From Octopus vulgaris (taxonomy: Eukaryota): 64,000 nt of DNA. The stretch is taken from the NCBI GenBank assembly GCA_951406725.2, contig OX597818.1:15066001-15130000 (forward strand). Reading direction: 5' to 3'. Below, piece by piece: positions 1-13,146 of this stretch (within the stretch, counting starts at the first letter, position 1; the number at the start of each line of letters is the position of its first letter). The translations under genes and the position numbers were made by a program. The notes beneath the pieces are model-generated. The model did no database searches, had not been told where the DNA came from, and saw only the letters and a list, made by a program, of their open reading frames with translations.

Positions 1-129
1 AACACACCAAACTGTCCGTTTACGAAGTCCTGTGATAGAGAAAAAAGGAAAGAAAGACAGAGAAAAATAAAGAATAAAAAAGTAAAAAAGTAAACAAAGA
101 AAATAAAGGGGGAAATGGGAAAGAAAATT

Positions 130-3100
130 CGCAGTGACAATGCTCTGTTCATTATGTGTGATGTACTAGTTAAGACAATCTTTTGCACTTCCTGTATGGA
201 CGGTAAGCCAAGAATCATTCTTAAATAATTTTCAGTTCGCTTTTTGATCATTCCAAGTGCTACTACAATCACTGGTATTGTAACCGTCTTGAGATGCCAC
301 ATCTTTTCGATTTCGATGGGTAAATCTTCAAATTTTCTGAGCTTATCAAATTCTTTTACCAAGACATTATGGTCACAGAGAATGCTCATGTCAGTCGATA
401 AACAGACTTTATTGCTTTTGTCTTTCACAACAATATCTGGTTTGTTTGCTTTGATGGTCCGGTCTGTACATACTGGGAAGTCCCAAAGAATAGTTACATT
501 TTCTCCCTCAGTTACAGCCTCAGGGTGGTGCTTGTACTTTTTGTCAGCGTTTTTGATTTTATAATGCCAATACATTTTCCAGTGTAGATATTGGCCATTT
601 TTCATCACATTCGCTTGATAGTTCCGGGTCAATAAGCTCTGATCTTGAGTAACCAAGATAAAGCCTTCACTCTCTGCCTTTAGCTCTGAGCTCCGTAGCC
701 ACTGATGGTTTGCTTCTTGTCTACATCAGCTTGTTTGCTACGGGCCATATATTTGCCATGCAGAGATTTTTTGTTCCTACCTATCAGCCAATTGTTCAAA
801 CGCATTTTGCTTTGCTATTGATTTAACCTTCTTTGCAACTACAGTTATAGCACTTCCATCATGCTGTTCAGCCTGAGTATTATGCATAAGCTCACTTGAA
901 AATATTTTACTTTCCTTCATAACAGAATGTAGCTTCTTACGTCTTTCGTGGTTTTCAACGAGCTTTAGCATCCAATCGTTAGATATTTCAAGATATTTTG
1001 CCAGTTCATTTATGGTGGTTTTGTAAGAGATTTCAGATTGCATCAAGCCTCGACCTCCTTGAGCTCTGGCTAGAGAAAGACGGTCTACGTCTCCTTTTGG
1101 GTGGTGCATCTTACTGCAAGTCGGGAGCTTACGGATTTTCCAGTCAATCTTCCTTATTTAGCTCATATTCCAGTGCAACACATTGAATAACAACCGGAAC
1201 AGCTAAGGAATTTATAGCTAACACTTTGTTACGTGCATTTAACTCGGATGTTAGGACTGCTCGAACTCTTCTGTAACACTCCTTCCTGATCTCCTCTTTC
1301 ATACTTGCATGCTGAATGGCATAGCCCTCATTTATTCCGAGGTATTTGTAAGTTGGTTCCTGCTCGAGTAATTTTATGACTGTCAACATCCATTTCCACT
1401 GAATGTGAAATCTTCAGTTTCCCTTTCTGGCACATTTATCAAGACCAAATTCCCTCCTAATGTCATCACTGAATGCTTTCCCAGTGCGTAGTAGTCCTTC
1501 AAGCTCATTATCGTCTTTGCTATAGAGTTTTAAGTCATCCATATAAAACAGGTGACTTATTTTCTTGTCGCCAATTTTATATCCACACTTTGTTCTGTTG
1601 AGTTCACTTGTAAGGGGTATTATGGCTTTGCAGAAAATTAAAAGTGAAAGTGAGTCATCTTGAAAATGTTGCAGTTGATATTAATATTTTTTGTGGTCAG
1701 TACTCCATCAGAGTGGTATAGTTGGATATTCGTATTCCACATTGATATGTTGTGCGTCAGGAGGTTTGAAATCGCAGGAGAAATTTTGAAGATATCCAGC
1801 GATTTCAAGATCCATGAATGCGGTACGCTGTGGAAGGCCTTTTTATAATCAATCCATGCAGAACTGAGATTTCTGCGTTTATTATGACATTTCTCTAGGA
1901 TCATGCTCAGTAGGGAAAATGTTCTGTTTCATAAATTTGTATGTTTACTCCACGAAAATGGACGTTAAAATTTTATATGTGGTAGATAGACATGTTATTG
2001 ACCGATAGCTTTGGGGAGTTTTGGTTTCATTATTCTTCGAGAGTAAGTAAGTAAGTAATAAATCTTGCTAACCAATCAGGTGTTTTCGTAGGATCTCTCA
2101 TAATTTCATTGAATAACTGGACTAACTTTTCGTGTGCGCATGGGAGTGAGGCGACGCAGAAATTTGGAACCCTATCATTACCAGGGGATTTCCACTTATG
2201 AGCCTTCGCGAGTGTCATTCTTAGGTCTACTATTGTGATGTCCTCCTATGCTTGTTCTGGTAAGTTTTTGTAGGATCCTTCTGTGCATCTAATCCAGTCT
2301 TCATTTTCATTGTAAGTCTTTTTATCACTCCAGATATTTTACCAGAATTTTTAAACTTCTATGGTAGCAGGGTCTTCAACGGTTATTTTCTCTTTCACTA
2401 TTTCTCTATGGAATGTTTTCGCATTGGATGTGAACAGCTTATTTTGGTTGTAAAATTTGTTTCTTTTCTCAAATCTTCGTATTCTTTGAGCTTTCGCTTG
2501 GATTTTTTGTTGCAGTGTTTCTTTTGCTGAAAGCAGTTCTTCTCTTGGTGAGAATCTATTTTTTCTCTTCATCTTTCTTCCTTTTCTGGTTTTTACATCG
2601 TTTCCACAGATTAGTTCATTCAATATTGAATATTTCACCTCTCATTATTTCAATCACTTTTTCAATTTTACTTTTCTATTTTGGAATTCTTCTCAAGTTT
2701 GTATTTCTTTGTTTTCTCAGAGACATACAACTGGTTTTAATTGTCTTAGCAGCTGCGTAAATAATTTCATTTAATTCAGTGAGCTCTGGTTTTAGTTCTT
2801 GTATAATTTCCTTTGTTACATAGTTTCTAATTTTAATATGTTTTCTATTTTGGATTACATTTTGATATCTTATGAAGTGGTTCCCTATCATGGATATTGG
2901 CGTGTCTTACAACTGGATTTTCTGCTTCAGTTCTATCATAGACTCTCTATGTTCTCCAGTAAATGTGTAGTCTTCAAATATTATTTCTTTACCACTTTCT
3001 TCGTTATCTTTATCAGGTTCATTACAATTTATTTCTCCAAACGTTAGCATGTTCTGCTCAGATGGCAGTTTCTCAATTGAGACTCATGGAGAGTTGCTCT

Positions 3101-3670
3101 CTTTGTCTGCTTCTTCATTTCCTTTCTGTCTTATATTTAGGTCATTTTCCGCCGCGTGCCTGATTGCAGTTATTTCACTATCTGTGAGTCTTTTATTTCT
3201 GATGATATCCCTCCTAACATTTGCTAACTTGTTTTCGTCCAAATATAGTCTGCTGTCTTGATTTTGTGTTCTCCATATTTTATAAGAGAGTGCGGTGTGT
3301 TTCTTTTCAGATGGCGTGCCTCATGCATAGTAATAGGCGTATTTTACTTCCGTATACTCTTCTCAGGTTCATTTGATCCTCATACATTTTTCTCTCCATG
3401 GTGAGTGTGGTGGTGGACTTGGAGGGCCTGATTTGGGGCAGTTCCCGTTCAAGTGACCAACCAGGTTCGTATTCAGAGAAGAGTTTGTGCCAGTGGATGA
3501 CTTTCGACCCCAGGCTAGCTCACTCCTGGGGGACGCGCTTCCAGATTAACCATAGGACAAGCCATTTGGTGTACTATTGTAGCTTTCATTTTTGTTTCGT
3601 TAGACATATTTGTACTGCATTAAAATTATTAGTATAGAACCCTGTATTGTGGCAGATGTAGAGACGTATT
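130..3670 (-). mobile_element. Degraded near-full-length R4/Dong-like non-LTR retrotransposon (RT + restriction-like endonuclease)
   Basis: Minus-strand fragments in order: KSPGND, AWIDYKKAF, F(Y)MDDLKL (~1530), YKYLGI, HPKGDVDRL..GGRGL, then the REL region ILWDFPVHTDRTIKANKPDIVVKD..IPVIVVALG. Many stops and frameshifts; the 5' end abuts (ATT)n. Confidence 0.85.
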
Positions 3671-3674
3671 ATAA

Positions 3675-3677
<3 letters not shown>

Positions 3678-3726
<49 letters not shown>

Positions 3727-3765
3727 CATTATTATTATTATCATCATCATCATCATTATTATTTA
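3678..3765. repeat. (ATT)n/(ATC)n microsatellite
   Basis: Direct reading. Confidence 0.95.
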
Positions 3766-4190
3766 TTGTCTTTGCACAGCTTTTAACGCTGGGGATATAC
3801 TACGGCGCCAGCTGTTCACTACCAGTGAAATAAGGTAACATCCCTTATTTTTCGAGCACCTCTGGAGTATTAGAGAGGTTCCAAGCAGTGCTGTTTTCTG
3901 AAAGTTCTCCACCCTTATTGCAGTCCCTATTTGTTCCATGTACTTCTCAAGATTTTTACGCATTGTTCCCAGGGCTCCGACAATTATTGATACTACTACC
4001 ACTTTTTACATCGACCACAACTGCTTATCCTTCCAAGATAATCTGTCATATCTGTCAACTTTTCTTTCTTCCTTATCGCATACATTGTTGTCAGCTGGGC
4101 ATGCTATATCTATGATCCAGCATCATTCGTTTTCTTTCTCAATTGACACTATGTCTGGTTTCCTATTCTCTATTTCATGGTCGCACTGAA
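3766..4190 (-). mobile_element. 3' fragment of an R4/Dong-like LINE (endonuclease C-terminus)
   Basis: QCDHEIENRKPDIVSI..IIDIACPAD..VVVSIIVGALGT..QKTALLGT; flanked by ATT/TAA repeats on both sides. Confidence 0.8.
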
Positions 4191-4221
4191 TCATAATGAT
4201 AATAATAATAATAATAATAAT

Positions 4222-4876
4222 GAAAGAAACAGTTGGAATCTCCCTAGGCTGTGACTGATGATACATCTAGTGATGGTGTCACAATAAAACACTGGTAATT
4301 GCGCAACCTGATAATCGCTACCTCATACAAGTGTCAATGAAAAAACAAAATATTGTGAATAACGGTGGTAATGAAGCTCAGAAAAACTGGTCCGACTCCA
4401 GCCTGTTGTTATCCAGCAAGGGACCAGCACACTCGGCGTAGATGGAACAAACAAGTCAAGGCTGTGGTCATGGAGTATTACTACCTGAACAACCCGGTAC
4501 ACGAAAATGGTGTTCATCTTAGGGGATACCGACAACGTATGTATGATCAATGGAGAAAAAGAGGATAGTTTCAACTCACAGAACAAAGATTATGTGATCA
4601 AGCTAGAGCAATAAGAAAAAATATTTGGTTCACAGAAATTGAGCTCGAAGCTATCAAAAGACGGGTATCGGAAAACAGCAGTTGATAAAAGTAATCTAAT
4701 AGCAGAAAACAGAGGTGAAACCACTAATACACCCCAGGAAAAGAACAGTGATAGCTCGCTCGATGAGGGACATATAGAAGGTTAGGAAGAAGACAATAAA
4801 ACTAATGGTGACATGACATGAGCAAAAGGCGATCTACGATAGAATAAAGACAAGGCTACGAGAGAACGATGACGAT
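4222..4876 (+). mobile_element. 5' fragment of an R4/Dong-like LINE
   Basis: RRRWNKQVKAVVMEYYY..GYRQRMYDQW..TEQRLCDQARAI..FTEIELE, an N-terminal motif typical of this clade; starts right after (TAA)n. Confidence 0.7.
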
Positions 4877-4925
4877 ATTCTTCTTCTTCTTCTTCTTCTT
4901 TTTCTTCTTCTTCTTCTCCTCCTCC

Positions 4926-6002
4926 TTATACGCACAACAAATTAGACTGCTGGAAGAAAAAAATCATATCAGGCTACAACAAGTAACCTTAGATGCCAAG
5001 AACCCTCCTTAGTATTTTAACTGTCCCTAATAACACTATTTTCTGGAGCTGTACTAAACTAAGGTTTATGCCTATTTCTTCTGTCCATATGTTCAAATTT
5101 TAGGGATAGTTTCCAATGCACGTAATACTACTAAGATACAGTTTACCCGCACTTTCCATAGACTCTGTGATTCAATGGTTATGTCCGAGTACTTTGGTAT
5201 TTTTTCTACATCTCTCATATTGATTTTTTCTTCATTTGGGACTGTAAAGTCAATTATCTGGCACCTTCTATTCGCTTTATCTACTACTACTAAATCAAGC
5301 CTTCTAGCTTCTATTACGCTGCCAGTATGAATGTTATAGTTCCACAACATCTTATATTTTTTTACTTTCTTGTTCTTTACTAGGTTTGTGTTCATACCAT
5401 TCATCAGTATGCTCAGATCCTAGCTTTCTACATAACTTCCAGTGGATTACTCTCCCTGGGTTATCATGTCTTTTCTTATATACTTTCTGTGCCAGAATGC
5501 TACATTCATCTACTATATGAGTAACACTTTCCTCTTTTGATTTGCATAATCTACATTGAGAATCTAATTCATTTTTTGTCCATGTTGGCTTTTATCCAAT
5601 TAGTCCTTAATGCTTGATCTTGTCCTGTTACTAACAAACTTTCTGTCTCCCATTTCAGCTTTCCTTTCTGCAACCATAACCATATCTCACTACTACTATT
5701 TGCTGCAACTATCTTTCGGAATCCACCATGCAACGCCTTCGCCTGCCAGTCAGATAACTTCTGTTTTCTTCTGGGTTCTAGCTTTGCTTGGGTTTTTGGT
5801 TTCCCTATGTCTTGCTGTGACTCTAGCAGCTTTTAATAAACTTCCTTCACTATTACCTACATAGGAGTCTATATATAATCTAGCTATCTCCACGAAGTCT
5901 TCTGCTGATATTAATTCTCTTCTGTCTGCCTTTCCAGGTAAGTATAATCTTGCTACTCCTGCTCTTGGGTGGAGTCCTCCATTCATATTGAATTTTTTCC
6001 TA
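4926..6002 (-). mobile_element. 3' fragment of an R4/Dong-like LINE ending at (GAA)n
   Basis: LHPRAGVARLYLP, CRLC..ESVTHIVDEC zinc knuckle, RHDN, MLWNYNIHT..EARRLDLVVVDK..IIDFTVP. Confidence 0.8.
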
Positions 6003-7705
6003 GTTGGTGACCAAAAACGTTTTCAGTTTTATCTTATTTTTGTGTGTTATATTTTTACAGGAAAAATTTCAAAGAGTGCATAAAGTTTTTAGAATATTTG
6101 TTTTGCAGTGGTGACAAGTACAAACCATTAGATTCAGTAAATATATATTTGATTTATTCTTGCTGAAACTAGCTGTGAAGTCGTTACAAAGAATAGTAAT
6201 AGCATGAGTATAACTATCCGTAGTAGCATTATTGATTGTGAAATGATCTTTCAGGTGCAAGTTTAGAAAGTCTATACAATAGATTTTGACATGTAAATGG
6301 GTGGTTATTTTTACAAACGTACAGATTATGCAAATGTTCAGTTAATGGTTATATCACGTTACGCATCAAAGTTAAATAAACGAGTGGTTACTGTATTTGA
6401 TAACTAGATTATATGTGTTGACTTTAAGTTGCTGTTTGAGTTTCTTTATATTGCAGAATTACGCCCCGACTCCTACAGAGTTCCATACTTACAGACAGCT
6501 AAATTTTCAAGATACGTCTTGATAAGTAGTTTACCTATACATAGTTTACCTATAGGCTTCATTTACTGGAATTTAATTTCCCGTAAAATGAATTTTCCTG
6601 CAACATGTATCGGCGCTATTGCAGACATGAGGAAGAGATGAATAAAACAATGTAAAGAAAAAAAACTTTCAGTAACATAAATCAACAACATTTAGATGTT
6701 AATTACTATGTCTGACATTCGGAAAACGATTTATACATTAGGGATCAATATATTGTTTCTATATTGTAAAGAAGACGATCACAATGACACCAACAGACCA
6801 GAAACACATCACGCACAAGTAACTGAAATAAATGAATTTGCGCAATGAATATAGGCATTTACTAAACTATAGATATAAACCATAACTAAAACAATATGCA
6901 ATTGATAAGAATGCTTTCAAAATCCTATCAAGATAACAAGAACATTATTATTTACTATACTATGGGTATCCTGACGTATGAAGTAAAAGAAAGCACGACT
7001 GAGAACAAGGAGTCAGTGGACAGTAATGCAACTGAATTAAACAATAGTAAAATAATATAACTTACTTAAAGCAGCGCTTACGTAGAGTCAGATAGTATGG
7101 CAGGGAGCTATTTCAGTAGGATATAAACCAACGAGAATAGGAGATATTAATACAATGAAAGCTTTTCTTGTTACAGAAGAGCAGGTTACATAATTGTCTT
7201 TCCAGTTGAGACTCGTGCTGTTAAATCAATATGGATTTTTTTTATTGTTCCAATTATATGCAAATGTTTCCTATGCTTGTATCGTTCTGAAATCTACGCT
7301 ATTGCCCTTCCTTCCTTGGGCCTCCTGATAAAATTAAGGCGGTACTTGATTTATTTGTTCATATAAATATTGCTTAGGTACTATGTTAATATCCCTATTC
7401 TTTTCAATGCATCTTTTACGCTTTTCCTTTAATTCTCGTTGTTTCAAAGGCATTGAAAATAGCATTTGCTTGTTGCTAATATATTCAGTTAAAACTGATG
7501 GATCCACATTTAGTGGTGGATAAGTTACCATGTGCTTCTGAATTATTTATCTAAAACCTGTTTGAAAAATCATGTTGCGAGTATGTATTCACTTTACCCG
7601 TATATCTCTAACCGCATTTCTCGATGAGAGCCGTTTATCAATTTTCTTTTAATCGTCGTCCTTTGTGAAGCATGATAAAAGAACTGTCAGCTTACTGCGA
7701 CAGGA

Positions 7706-7755
7706 TCAGCAGACCAGCCAGGTTTCGGGCTATTTATGCTTCTCTTAAGTACTGG
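7706..7755 (-). ncRNA. Degenerate type I hammerhead ribozyme (inverted partner of 7804-7853)
   Basis: Minus strand: ccagta CTTAAGA ..gccc GAAA cctggctgg TC tgctga; the core G is mutated (CTT instead of CTG). Confidence 0.6.
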
Positions 7756-7803
7756 ACTCTTCGTTTGCTAGCGAGCTACTGCCATCTCAAGCCGACGAGG
7801 TGT

Positions 7804-7853
7804 CCAGTACTGAAGAGTGGCAGAAGTAGCCCGAAACCAGGCTGGTCTACTGG
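7804..7853 (+). ncRNA. Type I hammerhead ribozyme
   Basis: Stem I ccagta/tactgg, core CTGAAGA, stem II G(t)GGC/GCCC, GAAA, stem III ACCA/TGGT, GUC cleavage site after 7847. Confidence 0.8.
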
Positions 7854-8320
7854 TCCTGTCGCTAGAAGGTAGCAGAGGTTCGCTCCCCTGCTCGCAATAT
7901 ATTGAATACGGCTGTGCATCATTAGCCAGCTAGAGGGGAAAAAAATCACAGTAAAGTCCGTTCGAACGGAGCAGCCATGATGAAGTGGCTACAAACATTA
8001 CTTGTTAGTATAACTACAGTGGTCATCTCTTAGAGAAATTTCAGAACTAACTTTTTATCTTATATATATCTTTATGACCATAAAGTTTAAAATCTAAACT
8101 TACGAGAAGCTATTTAATTCTTGTGTCAATAGGTTCCTCAAGAGGAAAATATAAGTTCAGCATGTTTTTGTTTCTATCTAATTCATTTCTCAGAATACGA
8201 GGGTGGTATCTTTGTGCATGTAATATGTATACATCTTTATCTACTTGTGTTTTAATATGCATGTATGTATACATGTATGTGCATATGTATATATGTATAT
8301 CCCCATATATATACTCTCTC

Positions 8321-8359
<39 letters not shown>

Positions 8360-8426
8360 ATACACACATATATATATATATTTAGATAGATAGATAGATA
8401 AGATAGATAGATAGATAGATGAAATT

Positions 8427-9950
8427 TACAGAAAAAAGACGAAGACGGGTGTATGAACAACAAGCAGGTGTATTAGTTCGACGCTCGGGATGAGAGAAGG
8501 TGGGTAGGAGATGAAGAGAGGAAGGGTGTTGAGCCCATTTGCCGCAAAGGTTCGAAGAGAGAAGATTAATTATTGTTCACGACGAAGGCGGGAGTCTGGA
8601 TGGCCCCTGTGCAAAGACAATCCGAACACAGACAGGTGTTGTAGTGAATGACCGGTAGAGTGGAAATGGTGAGAGACCAGAATGTCATTGCCGAGTTTGA
8701 TGTTTCGGAGGTGCTCCACGAACCCGTCAGCCAAGCGGCGTTCCGTTTGACCGATGTAAAGAAAAGGGAAGAAAGAGCAGGAGATGCAGTAAATGAGGTT
8801 GCGAGAAATGCAGGTAAAGGAGTCGGTGATATGATAGGGACGATGATGGGTACCTCTGAGGATGGTACCTGTGAGGATGGTACTGTTGGAGAGGTAGGGA
8901 AAAGTACAACAGCGTGGGTGGGAGCAGGGGAACGAACCGGATTGGGAGGTGGGGTTAAGGACGAAATTGTGGACCAGGAAGTCATGCAAGGTGGGGGGGC
9001 TCATTTGAAGAGGTAGCTTGGGGAAGATGTGCGAGGTGGAGGGGACGGACTGGAGTCACCGGAAGTCTCGGAGAATGATGCGTTAGAGGGGCAGGGTGGA
9101 GGGGTGGCAGGTAATGTGAAATGGGAGACAGGAAACGGCGGGCGGGTGTGGGGAGAGAGAGCAGAAGTACGGACCACAGAACGTTCTCTGGAAATGGCTA
9201 TGTGGATAATGGTGAGGAGATATCCATGAAGGATGAAGTGGCGAGCCATGAGTTGAGCCATGAGTTTCAAAGTCATGGTTGTCACTTCAGAGCCAACTCA
9301 GACGGAGGAATTGGGAGTAGAGGATAGAGAGCTTGGTGTGGGTAGGGTGGAAGGAATAGATATTAAGGTATGAGTGTGAATCGATGTGTTTGTAGTGGGT
9401 GGAGGTAGAGAGAGTGGAATGGTGTATGTTGACCGAAATGTCGAGAAATGCGACGGAAGTATTGGAAATAGTACAAGAGAATGAGAATTGGAGAGCAGGA
9501 TGGAAAGATTGAACAAAAGAGAGTAAGGAGTCTGGTTGTCCGCGGGAGATTGGCGTCGTACCGATACGGTCATCAATATAACGACCGTATAGTTCGGGAG
9601 TGGGACCAGCGAAACCTGAGAATATTTGGACTCCAACGTAGCCAACGAACAGGTTCGCATTGTTGGGGCCCATTCTCGTTCCCATGGCAACTCCCGAGAA
9701 TTGTTGGTAAAAATCCCCCGCGAACGAGAAGCAGTTGAGGGAGAGAACAAATTCGGCCAGACGAAGAAGTGTGGAGGGGCAAAGTTGGAGGTTGGGTCGA
9801 AGTTCTAGGAAGTGTTTGAGTGCAAGAAGTCCATTGTGTGGGATCACCGTATACAGACTCTTGATGTCCAGAGTGAAGAGAAGTTTAGAGGGGACAGGAG
9901 GGAAGAAGAAAGAGTTGAAGAGACGTAGAGCATGGTTAGTGTCATGGATA
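8427..9950 (-). mobile_element. Penelope-like element, 5'-truncated (RT + GIY-YIG endonuclease)
   Basis: LFTLDIKSLYT, GVAMGTRMGP, RYIDD, FLDI, then NLIYCISC..LYIGQTERRL..EH; frameshifted; flanked by (TAGA)n and (TA)-rich tracts. Confidence 0.9.
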
Positions 9951-10492
9951 AACATACATTTATATATACATATGCACAGACATATAAACATATATTCTTG
10001 AGGATTTAATCTTGAGAAAAGGAGCGTGCCACACGAACAGATTGTGGATTAGCATAACAGCTCAACTTACACTGTACTGTTAACACATTTGCTTTTTTTT
10101 CTCCAAGTCAACAATAACATTACTGCATATAGATACAGCCTTAATTCCCAGTTTTCAAGACTAAATATCTTTTCATAGGTCCTATATCATAAAACAGGCA
10201 TGTTTTAGCGGTTTAATATCACCCATTCTTAACAAATTTGTCGATTGTTTTTTAAACACAAATCAATTTTGTCTGAGCAGATCTATCTTGTAAGGTATTC
10301 AAATGACTATTTCATTTGTTGTCATATACACCGTAACAACAACTAACTAATGAAATATGTTGCTTTTTTTGTATAGTTTTAGTGTGAGTACATTTTGAGG
10401 TAATTTACTTAAAGCATATTTAAACAGCAAATATGATTTCTAAAGGTAAATAAATAATTAATTTATGAAGCCACGAAACCATCGTATATATA

Positions 10493-11934
10493 CACTCAGA
10501 ACCACGCTAATAGCTTAGGAGTGAAATTTAGGAACTTTCGGTTTTCTGAGAATCGATTTTGATAAAACTAAAACTTTTCCCAGCTGGTTTGGACACTATG
10601 GCAACACCATTGTTATGTTTTCATTATGCTGTGCAACGTCCTTTCTTCCTTATTTCAGATGCTTCTGTTTTTGGGTGAACCACACTAATAGATTTTGAAT
10701 GAAAATAGCACGTCTAGACATATTTTTTCAGAAAGTGTAGAGTGATGCTACATATTAAGGATACATTGAGTATATATTTAACAGAAAACCATATTAATAT
10801 TATAACATTTATTGACATAATGAAATGTTTAGCCACGTGTGCGCCAAGGAAGAAACGATCCGATGGTGGGACCTCAAAAACTGTGACAGATAGAAATTTA
10901 AAGAATATTGGCGGGACGTTACTTAGGAGACCTGGACAAATAAGCAAAGCCATTTTCAACGTCCACGGACTTCCTCATGTACCGAAAACCAACAGAAATT
11001 ACATCCTCGGGACCATGGCTTCCGTGCAAGAACCCTTGAAACTGCTTCATCACAGGTGTTTGAGGCTTTAATGGGCCCAAAAGTAAATGACGTTAGACTT
11101 GAGCTGTGTTCTGTTCACTGACGAAACCAGAGTGGCCCTTGACGAACCTGACGGTCGGGCAAATGGTTACAACGTTTACGACGCCAACAACAGGGTGAAG
11201 GAGTCGGGGACAGGGTTGTTGGCCCAGTCAGGGTGCCTGAAGAGGTTAATGTGCAATTTCCTGAAGAAGGTCTTAGATCCCTGGCTGAATGACATACCGT
11301 ATTCATACATGACAACGCTCCCTCCCACTCTGCTAGGACCACCCAAAATATTCCTAGGGTCTTAGGGCATATAAGATGAAAGGTTGATGGCATGGCCGCT
11401 AGCATCTACGGATCTCAACCCTATCGAAAATCATTGGTTCATCATTAATCAAGATGTTTATGCCGATGGACCCCAATTTACATCGAAAGATGTCTTATAG
11501 GCGACTATCAAAGTTGCAGCAGAGGCAGTCCAATATGCTATTATTAAGAAATTGACAGATTCCATGACTAATAAGAGTTTTGAAGTTATCCGTCAAAATG
11601 GCGCTCTGTGGCTAAATAATTCATTATGTCAATAATATTATGGTTTTCTGTTAAATATATACTCAATGTATGCTTAATACGTACCATTACCCTTCATTTT
11701 CTGAAGAAAAAGTCTAGAGGGCTATTTCCATTCAAAACTATTAGTGTGGTTCGTGCAAAAACTGAAGCATCTGAAATAAAAATAAAAGAAAGAACGTTGC
11801 ACAGAATAATGAAAACATAACGATTTTATTGCCATAGTGTACGAACCAGCTGGGAAAAGCTTTATCAAAATCGATTCTCATAAAACCGAGTAATCCTAAA
11901 ACTCACTCCTAAGCTGTTAGCACGGTTCTGAGCG
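10493..11934 (+). mobile_element. Tc1-like DNA transposon with ~300-bp terminal inverted repeats, decayed transposase
   Basis: CACTCAGAACCACGCTAA..TTAGCACGGTTCTGAGCG termini; long IR ~10493-10805 vs ~11625-11934; motifs VLFTDE, HDNAPSH, DLNPIENHW. Confidence 0.9.
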
Positions 11935-12605
11935 TGTGCGTGTATATATATATAATGTAATATAATATGTGACAATTAGTCGGATGTCGAGGCGGAAGTC
12001 AGCTCCGGCATCTCGTCAGTTATTAGAACAAACAAAAATCCCGTGAAAATGACCGTTAAATAAAGGGAAATTACTCAAATAGGGAGAAAGTAAAACCACG
12101 CTCATAGAATCCGCGTATACGCGCATGTACATACACATGCACGCACACACACTAACGTGCATGTGCATACATGCATATACTTACTCACACTCGCATAAAA
12201 CACATACATGCACATCCACATACACACTCATATATATATGTATGTATCCATATATATGTAAACATACACATATACACACCCGCACACAGGCACACACACA
12301 CACGTATATATACCCTTAAACGCACAATTATGTTCATAAACACGTCTACTTACGCACATGCACAAAAGTGCAGGGTGAAATGTGATGCACAGAAAACGCA
12401 TATACATAAATATATAAAGCAATAAAATATATTAAGAAAATATATATAAAAATATATATGTAAGAAATGAAATGCTTGTACGTGGACACAATATAAAAAG
12501 CAGGTTCTATCTGTGGTCTTCAGGGACCAAAAACCTAGCAAATATTTAGCCATGTGTGGACATGTTCTTGAATTTAGACATGTAGCGGGGTCTCTCTCTC
12601 TCTCC

Positions 12606-12636
<31 letters not shown>

Positions 12637-12968
12637 ACTCTCTCTCTCTCTATATATATATATATAAGTACCTGGTGTTGCTCGGAAAGAAAGATGATCA
12701 CGTGAGGAAAGGAAATATGGACGATGGTCACATGTGAGCAATGAGAGAGAGAGCAAAGGAGGAAGAGAGAGAGAGAGACAGGAAGAGAGACAGATACAAA
12801 AGGGTGAAGGGGAGAAAGAAAGAATTAGAGAAAGGCTGAGAAAGAAAACGAAGGAGGGAGAGAGAGGGAACAGTAAAGGAAAGAGTCGCATCAAATATAT
12901 TAAGATAAAACTTACTTGGAAAGGGTGCGTGGTGTTCAATCAAATAATAATATAAATAATATACATAC

Positions 12969-13000
<32 letters not shown>

Positions 13001-13006
<6 letters not shown>

Positions 13007-13125
13007 ACCACGTGATCACGCGACCGACCAGGCTATCAGATGTTGCTACACATCGCTAGTCACAATGCGCTTCGCATTGTTTTAGCCTTTAAATGACGCC
13101 ACCTCACTGGCTAAGCGAATAGGCC
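13001..13125 (-). mobile_element. SINE 3' fragment with CACGTGAT-type tail inserted in (TA)n
   Basis: Near-identical to 14881-15050; both abut (TA)n. Confidence 0.65.
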
Positions 13126-13146
13126 ATATATATATATATATATATA

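Noticed and set aside
7334-7531. 65-aa ORF as the protein of the hammerhead element
   Set aside because: Short, with no RT or nuclease motif and an in-frame stop just upstream; a link to the ribozyme pair is unsupported.
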